From Octopus bimaculoides (taxonomy: Eukaryota): a DNA stretch of 51,735 nucleotides. Where the stretch lies: the NCBI RefSeq assembly GCF_001194135.2, contig NC_068994.1, positions 1,780,199-1,831,933 on the forward strand. The letters run 5' to 3'. Positions 38,790 to 50,893 of the stretch are shown here, one piece after another; within the stretch, counting starts at the first letter, position 1; each line of letters starts with the position of its first letter. The position numbers and the translations under genes were made by a program. Under the pieces are notes generated by a model. That model had not been told where the DNA came from. It worked only from the letters and a program-made list of their open reading frames with translations, and ran no database searches.

Positions 38790-38975
38790 AGCAGTTTTGA
38801 GGGTGGGGGGAGGAAGTCAATTACATCAACCTGACCCCAGTATGCAGCTGGTACTTATTTTATCAACCTTGAAAGAATGAAAGACAAAGTCTCCTTTGGC
38901 AACATTTGTATCCAGAACATAAATAGCCAGAAGAATCGCTGCTAAGTATTTTGTCTGTTATGGTAATAATTCTAC
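38790..38975 (-). mobile_element. SINE family A, diverged
   Basis: Reverse complement: ctttgtctttcattctttcaagg...aagtaccagctgcatactggggtc. Confidence 0.75.
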
Positions 38976-38999
38976 CAGGTGTTCAGGAATATTAGAGGT

Positions 39000-39500
39000 C
39001 AGATGTGGGGGCATGCACAATTGCAGTGCATTCCTGCATTCCAGTATATTCCCAGGTCTTCTTGGGCAACCTGCTGAGCAGTGTCCCAGTCTGTCCTCAT
39101 TTCCATGAAATACCTCCTCACCTGCCTTGAACATGTGGCATGTGACCAACCAACATGAGCTGTAAACCCAGCTGGATCCTCAGTGAAGTGAACACAGACA
39201 GCAGGGTCTTATTCAGAACATTGAGCAAAATGGCCAAACAATCTCAGCTGGAATCATACAAGTAACAGGACACATTCCAGTTTCTGAGTAGAGTTGTTGG
39301 CTGGTAGCCACGATCCTGCCAAGCATATTTTGGTATCAAACGAGTTCAGGCAGCTCCTAAGGCCCTGGGTAGTGTCCAAGTCTCACAACTATAGAACAAG
39401 ACAGGGAGGACCAAAGACCTGAATCTCTGTCCCTCTGCTCAGAGATCTGTAGTGCGAAACACCCTTGTCCACCAGGAGTAGGAAATCTTGGCTCAGCCTG
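39000..39500 (-). mobile_element. RTE-clade LINE 3' remnant
   Basis: Frameshifted minus-strand remnants: VFRTT..., L.PVLFYSCETWTLPRAL...LNSFDTKI, LRLFGHF, EDPAG...VG..HATC.RQVRRYF.EMRTDWDTAQQVAQED. Confidence 0.75.
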
Positions 39501-41265
39501 AGGAATGTCAGAGATAATAATGAAATAACCTAAGCTGCTGCATGGTTTGATACTAATAAGCTTAATATTTTAACATTTTTAGGTATCCCAGCCACAGTGA
39601 ATTAGCTGATAAGTTCATAAGGTCATAGATGAAGCAGATCCATTAGATTGGTCATCAGTAAGTCCAATTTCTTTTGACTAGTTCACCTGTAAAAAAGACC
39701 ATGAGTTGTGGACTGAAGCCTGGCACAGCTTAACAGCTCCTGTAAAACCATCTAAGCTATGCCAACATGGGAAACAGACATTAAACGATGATGATGATGC
39801 TATTTACATATATGTATACATAGTAAACTCGATCTCCCTATACTTAAAATTAATCTCAGTTTCCATTGGTGAAGATTAATGATATTGTTGAAGGTGTGTA
39901 TGAAGAAGAGAAGCAACTCCCAATGTTTGCCTTCAAGGGCAATTACTCTGCAATGAGAAAACCGTTTTAGAAGTAATTTCTTAGCGCTCTCAGACCGATT
40001 AAGCAAAACTGCCCACACCGTAATTTCTTTGAGTTGTGACATTAGGACATCTGAACATTTTGGAAGAGTTCTGAAAGGAACTTCTGTCAGTAGCAATAAT
40101 GGGACAATTCATCTGATTTCTAATTAAGAGACATTGCACATAGATTCAAAATGTGGAATTCTTCAATTAGGCAGAATCTGGCTTAGCTTCATCGAAGGAA
40201 GACATGTTATTCCCTAGTCCCTAACTTTCTTAATGAATTGTAACAGAAGAGTGGCATTTTCCCCATTCTTTAGCCTGAATGGTTGAAGCTATTGAAGAAA
40301 GTAGACCTTGAAAGTGCTATCTGTGAAGCCCTTATAATTCTTCTTAAAACTATCCTCAGTTTTGGCCACTTGAAATAAGACTTAGAGAAGCAAGGATTTT
40401 AACTGTTGCAAGCTGGATTATGGTGACTGTCTAGGATCTGGATGGTTGTTGCAGTCTTTGACTTAGAGGCTATGTTGTCTATACATGAATGACTAAGTTT
40501 AACATTGGGTGAGTTGAACAGCTTATGCTCTATGTGGTGTGTAGTTTGAAAGTAATGTTAAAGAATTCTTACCTATATTTGTGATGGTCTCTACATTATG
40601 ATTCATGAAAACCAGGTTAATTTATTATTAGTTCCACCTTGTTGTGTGCTGGGTGGATCTTGGCTATATAAAATAATTTTTTGTTGAAGCCATTCCCAGC
40701 AGCACATCATTTTATATATATGTGATGTGTATATATATATATATATGTATATACATGTATATATATCACTAGTTTAATAAGTGCCAATGCATGAAACTTT
40801 CAGACCTTGAGTTATTCTGTTGTTTCTGTTCAATATTAATAAAAAAGATACATACATCGTTGCTATTATGCAAAAGTGTCGTGAGTCCAAAATGTTGCTT
40901 TTTCAGAAAATGAAAAAATAGATTCACCATTCCATTTCTTTTTACATTAGCAACAGTTTCAGCTTAACAATAATACTTTGTTGAGTGCATAAAATCGTAA
41001 TTCCATGCATGTATGATATTTTCAGAAAGAAATATTTTTGCAAAACTGTCATATGTAGGACTTACTACACGTTTGAAAAATGCTAAACCGTTCTACTACA
41101 GTCTGACAATTTTCATCCGTAGAATCTGGAGATACGATAGTTTGAGCAAAAGAACCGGCTATTGCAAGCATTTGATCAAATTGAGAAATACAACAGTTTA
41201 ACATAATAGCAATGATAGATAGATAGATAGAGAGACAGACAGATGGATAGATAGAGACAGTGTGT

Positions 41266-41303
<38 letters not shown>

Positions 41304-42044
41304 AAGAGAATAAATGATTTGTTACATTAAAGATAAATTATATCAATAAACCTGACCTACCTCCGTTCTATCATCCATGATAATCAAGTAGCAACATGTG
41401 GCAGTAGAGATGTGGATCAGAGGCTGTAACTGTTGTTGTTGTTGTTGTTGTTATTGATCCTGCTGCAAATATCTCCAGCTCCAGTCAACCTTTTGGGTTT
41501 GTTGCTGGTGTTGGTGGTGGTGTTATTGTTGTTGCTTAGCAACAGGTCAGCCCTGAACAAGCAGACATCAGACCAAAAGGCTTTCTAGCAATGAGCATTT
41601 ATCTTTTTTGTACATCCGCTCTTACATTGTGCAATGTGGTCATTTTGTCTGAGATGATGGGATGTGACTGAGGGAGATTTAGCTGCTATTTCTAGCAATT
41701 TGAATAACCATGTAGAGGCTCCCTTCTTGGTTTATGTCTGGTTCTGTAGAAGAGAGGGCAGGAATACATTGCCCGCCTTTTTTTTTTCTCTGTGTTTGTA
41801 CAATATATATATATATATAACAGGGAGCTGGGTATAAAATGTATATATACATTATGACAATGATTATAAGCAATGTATGTGGACGTGTAGAAAGTTAACA
41901 ATGTCATAGAAATAGCTTGAAACAGTGATGTATACATACATGCCCATACTAGCATATATATACAAATATATATGTATATGTATGTGTATGCATGTGTGTG
42001 TACATATATGTATATATACACATATCTGTGTATGAGTATATATA

Positions 42045-42108
<64 letters not shown>

Positions 42109-42794
42109 NNNNNNNNNNNNNNNNNNNNNNNNNNNNNNNNNNNNNNNNNNNNNNNNNNNNNNNNNNNNNNNNNNNNNNNNNNNNNNNNNNNNNNNNNNNN
42201 NNNNNNNNNNNNNNNNNNNNNNNNNNNNNNNNNNNNNNNNNNNNNNNNNNNNNNNNNNNNNNNNNNNNNNNNNNNNNNNNNNNNNNNNNNNNNNNNNNNN
42301 NNNNNNNNNNNNNNNNNNNNNNNNNNNNNNNNNNNNNNNNNNNNNNNNNNNNNNNNNNNNNNNNNNNNNNNNNNNNNNNNNNNNNNNNNNNNNNNNNNNN
42401 NNNNNNNNNNNNNNNNNNNNNNNNNNNNNNNNNNNNNNNNNNNNNNNNNNNNNNNNNNNNNNNNNNNNNNNNNNNNNNNNNNNNNNNNNNNNNNNNNNNN
42501 NNNNNNNNNNNNNNNNNNNNNNNNNNNNNNNNNNNNNNNNNNNNNNNNNNNNNNNNNNNNNNNNNNNNNNNNNNNNNNNNNNNNNNNNNNNNNNNNNNNN
42601 NNNNNNNNNNNNNNNNNNNNNNNNNNNNNNNNNNNNNNNNNNNNNNNNNNNNNNNNNNNNNNNNNNNNNNNNNNNNNNNNNNNNNNNNNNNNNNNNNNNN
42701 NNNNNNNNNNNNNNNNNNNNNNNNNNNNNNNNNNNNNNNNNNNNNNNNNNNNNNNNNNNNNNNNNNNNNNNNNNNNNNNNNNNNNNNNNNNNNN

Positions 42795-42827
<33 letters not shown>

Positions 42828-43346
42828 ATTCTTGTCGATGTAAGCATTTAATTTTGTTGTTGTTCTTGGTGGTGGTGGTTGCAGTGGTGTTTTTTCCTAA
42901 TTGTTCTTTTTTTGTAAGTATTTGTTTCTTTATTCATTATAGATATTTTCTTTTTTAAAAGGAAAAAGACAAATCGTAAACGTAACCAATTATTTTGATC
43001 GATTAATGAAGCAACGTGGGCAATAAAATTCGAACAGATCAATCTGATTGTTATCACCGATCTGTACAAAAAATCTTAGATATTGGAATCAATCAATCAA
43101 TAGAAAACAGTTCAATAAAAACAGATAATACATTGATTTCTGCACATACACATATATATATATATATATTTGTATATATGTATATATCTATGTGTGTGTG
43201 TGTGTATATACATAAATATATATATAAATACTTACACACACACCCATCCATATGTATTTATCCTTTGATAAACTGTTGCAGCTTATTTGTTGATGATGTT
43301 GCACTTGTTTCATCATAGATTTATCACAATCTCTTTCTCTCTCATT

Positions 43347-43400
<54 letters not shown>

Positions 43401-43498
43401 TCTCACTATATCTATTTCACTTCCTATTTTTCTCTTTCTAGGTTTCTTTACTATATCTATCCTCCCTATTATTTTGTTTCCCTATTAAGTTCATGTAC

Positions 43499-43580
<82 letters not shown>

Positions 43581-43810
43581 GTATACATATATGTGTATAT
43601 GTATGTACATACATACATATTTAGACACACACATGTGTGTATTGATACATACGTACAGGCGTACATACATACATTCATACATCCTCCATGCACACACACA
43701 TGCATACATATACTCATCTACACATCCATATATCTTGCATTACAGATACTCCTGTCAATATATTGTAGTAGAGAGCATTGGACACACAACTCCAAACACA
43801 AACTACAGCC

Positions 43811-43944
43811 TACTCCCTGTTCTCTATTACTCCTTGTACTCTATTGATCCCTGTTCTCTATTACTCCCTGTACTCTATTGATCCCTGTTCTCTATTACTC
43901 CCTGTACTCTATTGATCCCTGTTCTCTATTACTCCCCGTACTCT
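43811..43944. repeat. 34-bp minisatellite built of alternating 17-bp monomers
   Basis: A=ccctgttctctattact, B=ccctgtactctattgat; order A B A B A B A B(partial). Confidence 0.95.
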
Positions 43945-45154
43945 GAGACGAACTGAAGAGAATAGGTAAAGCATTGACAATCCTGGCTAGAATCCATGTT
44001 ATCCTTACTGATCAACTAACAGAAGCATGAAGGCCTTCTCATCCTCCTATGCATTATTCTGGAATGATGACCATGTGAAGGGTATAAAATAGAGGGGTGT
44101 ATATAATATGATCTGTTGTGTAGTCTATAACACTTCAGTGTGTTTATATTCAACTATGTAGGTCTGTGTGTGTGTGTGTGTGTAGCATACTGGTATGCAG
44201 TGTATATATGCCTGTTATATATGTTTAATGGGTATCCATGTACACACATGTTCATACATGTGTGTATAAATGATCACTTAATGCCTGATTTTTAAGTTTA
44301 TATATGAGTTTATGAATATATATATGCGTTTATACAAATATATGATATATATTATACATATATATTCATATACATTAACACACAAATGCATGTACAAACA
44401 CACACACATACACCAATACAGGAAGCAATCTCTCTTTCATCCCATTTATGCAAATTTTTTCAATTTCTGTGGAGATTCTGGAATGGTTTTCTAAGCCAAA
44501 TAACCTGAGAGCATCCAAGGAAATTCCTCTTGTATAACTTTTTGTGTAAAAAATATTAAAAAAATAAACAGAAAAAATAATTGGAAGAAAAATGAATAAT
44601 TAAGGTAAAAAATTGAAAAAAAAAAGCAATATAAATAAAAAATAAATGATTAAAACAAGTTAATTAGGCAATTTGGTGAAAAGTGTTGCAGGAATGATGG
44701 AAGAAGTGTTGACAAAATAAGAGAATTAAGTAATGGAGAATGAAGTTGGTCATTTGGTGCTGTGGTTTACCTATTATCTTTTGACTCGAGTTGGTAACTG
44801 AAAGAGGAAGAGAAAAATGGAATTGTTTTCAGACTGAAAGACGAAATGGTTAACTACAAAAAGATTGAGTTTCCATATATGAATAAAAGAGTTTTATATA
44901 GAAAGATAGAATGGTTTCATACACATGGATAAAATGGTTTTAAAAACAAAAGAAAGAATGGTTTTAAATTTTTTTTAAATGCAATGATACCAAAATATGT
45001 GGACCCTTCCCTCACTGCTCCTTCAGTTCCATGTGGTTTAGTATTCTTTACTGACCCCATCTTGAGGGTAAGAAGCAGCAATAGATCCTATTAAAATGTT
45101 TCAGAAACTATTGTAAAAGTCCTTCTACTATGTATTCTTAGATTATTTTAGCCT

Positions 45155-45460
45155 TTTACGCGTTTCAGTCATTAGATTCTGGCCATACTGGAGCACTGTT
45201 GTAAAAAAACACGTTACCACACTGTGAGATTGAACTCAGAACCACATGATTGCACAACAAACCCCTTAAACACACAGCCGTCACTTCGTCTCTATAAGTA
45301 TGATTCAAAATCGAGTTCGTTTCAGCGTCTAAAATAATTCTGTCAAATTTTACTTCAAGGCCAGCCATGCTATGGGTGGGGTGGGATTTTAGGCCATTAC
45401 ACCCACCCCAGCACCTGACTGGTACTTCCTTTATCAACCCTAAAAGGATGATAGGTGAAG
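45155..45460 (-). mobile_element. Family-B and family-A SINE fragments
   Basis: gtttcagtcattagattctggccatactggagc; ttgaactcagaaccacatg...acacagcc; ctggtacttcctttatcaaccc..aaggatga. Confidence 0.65.
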
Positions 45461-45959
45461 CATAAAATAATAAAATGGTTTTATACTGAAAGACGGAATA
45501 TAATAAAGAACCAAAACACTCCTTGATAATTGTTGCTTTATTTGTTGTTGTGTCAAATGATTTGATCTCAGGCAAGGTTCTGTTTTATCTTAACCTGCTG
45601 AAATTATTGCACACAGTTGTAACCCATGTGCAATCTACACACCTCACCTCAAGCTGGAACAGATTCCAGGAGCAGAGACCCCTAAAGCCTTCACCAATGA
45701 CTACTTACAAACACAAATAAAAGAAAGCACAGGATACAGTGAAAACCTGTTCACACAATTCTGGAAATATTAATCTTCATAAAATATAATTTAAGGTGCA
45801 GTATATAAAAATAACTGCAGCAATAAGGATGTCAAGTGGTCAAATATATTCATCTCTCATATCTCCTGACTTTTTATCATTTATATATATGTACATACTC
45901 ACATACACAAATATACACAGGTTTACATAAATATACATTAAATTATAATATATAATGCA

Positions 45960-45968
45960 ACTTACCAA
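45960..45968 (-). promoter_or_regulatory. 5' splice donor ending the Pcdh-B exon (phase 0)
   Basis: TTG|GTAAGT with GT at 45965-45964. The ORF-track tail after this point (VSCIIYYNLMYIY...) is intronic low-complexity sequence. Confidence 0.85.
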
Positions 45969-48419
45969 TATTGTGGTGGGTGGACTCTTCTCCAGGGTAC
46001 CCGTGTTTGACCAATCAATCTGAGACTCATACTGCGGGTAAAAATCTTCCTTACATTCCACAAATGGCATGTTTCTATTATTCATCTCAGAAGAGTACCT
46101 CACTGGGGTACCAGGAATACTGCTGCTCTGACACGGTAACGGTTGATCAATTCTGTTACATATAGCTGACCGATTAACACCTTTCCTAGTGCTCTTGGCC
46201 GAGCGAGACTGACCGCTGCTACATTTCACAATACACAGTGTGATCGACACTACAATCACCACAGATACTATTACAGCTGCTACTACAAGGNNNNNNNNNN
46301 NNNNNNNNNNNNNNNNNNNNNNNNNNNNNNNNNNNNNNNNNNNNNNNNNNNNNNNNNNNNNNNNNNNNNNNNNNNNNNNNNNNNNNNNNNNNNNNNNNNN
46401 NNNNNNNNNNNNNNNNNNNNNNNNNNNNNNNNNNNNNNNNNNNNNNNNNNNNNNNNNNNNNNNNNNNNNNNNNNNNNNNNNNNNNNNNNNNNNNNNNNNN
46501 NNNNNNNNNNNNNNNNNNNNNNNNNNNNNNNNNNNNNNNNNNNNNNNNNNNNNNNNNNNNNNNNNNNNNNNNNNNNNNNNNNNNNNNNNNNNNNNNNNNN
46601 NNNNNNNNNNNNNNNNNNNNNNNNNNNNNNNNNNNNNNNNNNNNNNNNNNNNNNNNNNNNNNNNNNNNNNNNNNNNNNNNNNNNNNNNNNNNNNNNNNNN
46701 NNNNNNNNNNNNNNNNNNNNNNNNNNNNNNNNNNNNNNNNNNNNNNNNNNNNNNNNNNNNNNNNNNNNNNNNNNNNNNNNNNNNNNNNNNNNNNNNNNNN
46801 NNNNNNNNNNNNNNNNNNNNNNNNNNNNNNNNNNNNNNNNNNNNNNNNNNNNNNNNNNNNNNNNNNNNNNNNNNNNNNNNNNNNNNNNNNNNNNNNNNNN
46901 NNNNNNNNNNNNNNNNNNNNNNNNNNNNNNNNNNNNNNNNNNNNNNNNNNNNNNNNNNNNNNNNNNNNNNNNNNNNNNNNNNNNNNNNNNNNNNNNNNNN
47001 NNNNNNNNNNNNNNNNNNNNNNNNNNNNNNNNNNNNNNNNNNNNNNNNNNNNNNNNNNNNNNNNNNNNNNNNNNNNNNNNNNNNNNNNNNNNNNNNNNNN
47101 NNNNNNNNNNNNNNNNNNNNNNNNNNNNNNNNNNNNNNNNNNNNNNNNNNNNNNNNAGTAATCTTGTATTCCTTTGATCCTAAATGTGAGAGGACAACTT
47201 TATCATGTTCTAATTTACAACTCACTTCTCCATTTGCACCAACATCATTGTCCACCACATTCACATAAGCTAGATAACTGCCCACTTTTGTTCCTTCGTA
47301 AATAGCTGCAGTGTCCTTCTTCAATTCAGACACAAAATTTATATCAATTTCAGGAGCATGGTTCTTTTCATTGAGAACATTCACCCGTACAATGGCAAAG
47401 GAATTTAAGGATGGATTCCCTCCATCTTTGGCCTCGACATATAATTCATAAATGCGATGTCTCTCTTTTGAGAAATTTTCTGTGATAAACAATTTTCCAG
47501 ACTCTCTTTTCAATATATAACATTGTTTGGCATTTTCTGGTGTTTCTGAACTGAAATAATAAGACACTTTACCATTATTGCCAGAATCTGGGTCTTTTGC
47601 AGACAATGTCAAAATTGGGTTGTTGTTAGGATGTATATTTTTGATGGAAATATTGTAAATATGTTGTGAAAAAACTGGTGAGTTATCATTCACATCAATT
47701 ATTTTAATATGAACATGTAAAATTCCATTTTTTGAAGGTTTTCCTCCATCATTAGCTATCACTTCTAGATTGTAAGTATCTTTGATTTCTCTGTCTAGTT
47801 TGTCTCCAAGAACAATTCCTATTTTTGCTCTTCCTGTGATGGTTTTTCTCACAGACAATATAAATGGGTCATTAAATTGTTTCTTCAGTTTATATGTAAT
47901 TTCTGAGTTTTCCATTCCAACATCTTTGTCAAAGGCATCTGGAATTAATCTTTCTGCTCCCTCTCCATCATCTTCATCATACATAACATTTATTTCTTTC
48001 TGAGGAAACTCAGGGCTGTGATCGTTAATGTCTTCTATAATTACTTTGACTTTCAGAATCTTCATAAAAGATTTTGCCTTGTTTACAGCTATCTTAATAT
48101 ATTTGAAACATTGTTTCCTTGGTTTGCACAGAGACTCGGCATCAATTTTGTGTGCCGTGTACAATTTACCATCTTTAGTAACATTGAACACCTGGGAACT
48201 GTGTGTTCTTCGGTGCTGTATTTGATTAAATATGATGGATGTCTGCTCATGTGATTCCATATCCTCCATGACGAGGGAATCAGCTGCAACATCTCCAATG
48301 TATGTTCCTGTAATGTCTTCATCTTTCACATAATATACAATATCTTCACACACACTGCTTTGCCAGAACAGAATGAAGATATTAAGAAGAAAGAACAAAT
48401 GCGTTTCCCTTGTTTCCAT
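45966..48419 (-). CDS. Protocadherin (Pcdh-B) large first coding exon, ~818 codons: signal peptide, EC1-EC3, EC4 start, (866-N gap, probably the rest of EC4-EC6), TM, cytoplasmic start
   Basis: METRETHLFFLLNIFILFWQSSVC signal; DAESLC-x5-C; EDINDHSPEF; DKDVG; LDRE; DVNDNSPVF; DPDSG; TM LVVAAVIVSVVIVVSITLCIV. The frame is continuous across the gap as given. Confidence 0.95.
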
Positions 48420-48453
48420 CCCTAGTTTTCAGACCACATCACAGCTCTGGCCC

Positions 48454-48470
48454 CTGAAATATAATAATGT
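48454..48470 (-). promoter_or_regulatory. 3' splice acceptor 34 nt upstream of the Pcdh-B ATG
   Basis: acattattatatttcag|gggccagag, AG at 48455-48454. Confidence 0.65.
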
Positions 48471-48995
48471 ACAGTTGATATTGGAATAAATAGTCTGATA
48501 TACAACATGACACACTAAATATACATCATGTAAATATGTGGACACATCCTGACCTACTTAAGATGCTTTGTATAACCAAGTGTCGTAAAGTAAACTGGTT
48601 TTTAAAGTCTAAAAAAGATTTAAATGAAACCAGAACTGTGGACATATCCATATTTCATTACTGCTATTTTCTTTTGCCATAATCTTTTATGTTCCTTCAC
48701 CAACGGTGTACTTTAACAATGCCTATCTAACGTGTGGAGCTTTAGTTTGCTTCACCCACCTGTAGGGGAAACACCTCAAATAACATTGCATAGGATTGTC
48801 TACCTTTAGTCTGGTACACGTATTGCAATTGATTTAATTCATATCAGTTAAATGCACCAAACTATTTGTATGAAACGCTCCAAAGACACTTATTCAGCAG
48901 AAACATGGGGTGGAATGTAATATGAAGAATATTGTTTACTAAATAAATTGTGAAGATGTATTAATCTCCAGTTTTCATTTTGATATCTTGTACAT

Positions 48996-49028
<33 letters not shown>

Positions 49029-49124
49029 TACATGCATACATACATACATACACACACATACATACATACATACGTACATACATACATACATACACACACA
49101 TACATACATACATACATACATACA

Positions 49125-49157
<33 letters not shown>

Positions 49158-49561
49158 CTTGTTGTCTAAAGATTGCGACATTGCATGAAATGATTGAATA
49201 TCAACATTATTTCATAACGCAACTTATTGATTTTTTTCTATTGATTACCTTTCCCTATACATCTAATCTTATCCAACATTTTAGATTTTANNNNNNNNNN
49301 NNNNNNNNNNNNNNNNNNNNNNNNNNNNNNNNNNNNNNNNNNNNNNNNNNNNNNNNNNNNNNNNNNNNNNNNNNNNNNNNNNNNNNNNNNNNNNNNNNNN
49401 NNNNNNNNNNNNNNNNNNNNNNNNNNNNNNNNNNNNNNNNNNNNNNNNNNNNNNNNNNNNNNNNNNNNNNNNNNNNNNNNNNNNNNNNNNNNNNNNNNNN
49501 NNNNNNNNNNNNNNNNNNNNNNNNNNNNNNNNNNNNNNNNNNNNNNNNNNNNNNNNNNNNN

Positions 49562-49606
<45 letters not shown>

Positions 49607-49654
49607 TACATATACATACATATACACACACACACATATATATACACATACATA

Positions 49655-50156
49655 CAGAGGGGTGCGGTGAATAAACTGTCATCTAAATTACACAAAAATG
49701 GAAATAACACTGACATTTCATTTTAACGGGTATACTTACCAAAATTACATAAAAATATCTTGAAATACTAAAGAGTAAATTTATTCAATAAAATCGCCAT
49801 TGGCTTCAACCATGGCCTCCAGACGACTTTGGAATCTCCTGCAATTCTTCTGGATGGTCTCCTTGTTTAAGTTGGTGAATGCTGCCATAATACTTGCCTT
49901 CAGTTCATCTTTCATGTTACAAGGAGTTTTGATGGTCTCTCACTCAACTGCTCCCTACACATAATAATCAAGGGAGTTGCAGTCTGTGGAGTTACGTGGC
50001 CAAGTGTTATGAGTGATGTGGTCGCAGAAATTATCTGACAGCCATGATGGGGTTCTCCTGTTTGTGTAGCATAGTGCAGAGTCCTGTTGCCAGACACAGG
50101 GTCTTCCAGCAGCCACCCTCTTGACCCAGGGCAGCACTACCTCCTCCAAGCACTTG
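49655..50156 (-). mobile_element. DD37D/maT family-1 copy, 3' half with right terminus
   Basis: CLEEVVLPWVKRVAAGRPCVWQQDSALCYTNRRT...NSTDCNSLDYYV*; C-terminus ...EANGDFIE*; TA at 49653-49654 then terminus CAGAGGGGTGCGGTGAATAAACTGTCA. Confidence 0.9.
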
Positions 50157-50380
50157 GAGAGCATGAGGTATTTTACAGCACATAAGCACATACTCTAGAC
50201 CACTATAAACAAATCATTTGTGCAGATTGTTCAGCAAGAAATATAGTAGAACACCCTCTCCTTTGGATTACAAGAGACTACCATCATGAATCAGTTGCAT
50301 AAATATATACGAGTGTGTGTGTGTTATCTGAATATATCTGTTTATCTATCTATCCATCTACCAGTCTGTCTATCAATCTA

Positions 50381-50443
<63 letters not shown>

Positions 50444-50848
50444 NNNNNNNNNNNNNNNNNNNNNNNNNNNNNNNNNNNNNNNNNNNNNNNNNNNNNNNNN
50501 NNNNNNNNNNNNNNNNNNNNNNNNNNNNNNNNNNNNNNNNNNNNNNNNNNNNNNNNNNNNNNNNNNNNNNNNNNNNNNNNNNNNNNNNNNNNNNNNNNNN
50601 NNNNNNNNNNNNNNNNNNNNNNNNNNNNNNNNNNNNNNNNNNNNNNNNNNNNNNNNNNNNNNNNNNNNNNNNNNNNNNNNNNNNNNNNNNNNNNNNNNNN
50701 NNNNNNNNNNNNNNNNNNNNNNNNNNNNNNNNNNNNNNNNNNNNNNNNNNNNNNNNNNNNNNNNNNNNNNNNNNNNNNNNNNNNNNNNNNNNNNNNNNNN
50801 NNNNNNNNNNNNNNNNNNNNNNNNNNNNNNNNNNNNNNNNNNNNNNNN

Positions 50849-50892
<44 letters not shown>

Positions 50893-50893
<1 letters not shown>

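Noticed and set aside
39830-40600. Non-repetitive block with a strong minus-strand donor (atag|gtaaga at 40572) as a possible Pcdh tail or leader exon
   Set aside because: No long open frame or recognisable tail motif; cannot be supported without RNA data.
44560-44990. Purine-rich stretch possibly from a Tx1/L1 3' end (similar doubts at 7230-7400 and 17800-18150)
   Set aside because: Too decayed to recover diagnostic motifs by eye; needs a repeat-library search.
45840-45965. C-terminal 41 aa of the 859-aa ORF (VSCIIYYNLMYIY...)
   Set aside because: Read-through past a consensus GTAAGT donor into AT/microsatellite-like intron; not counted as CDS.
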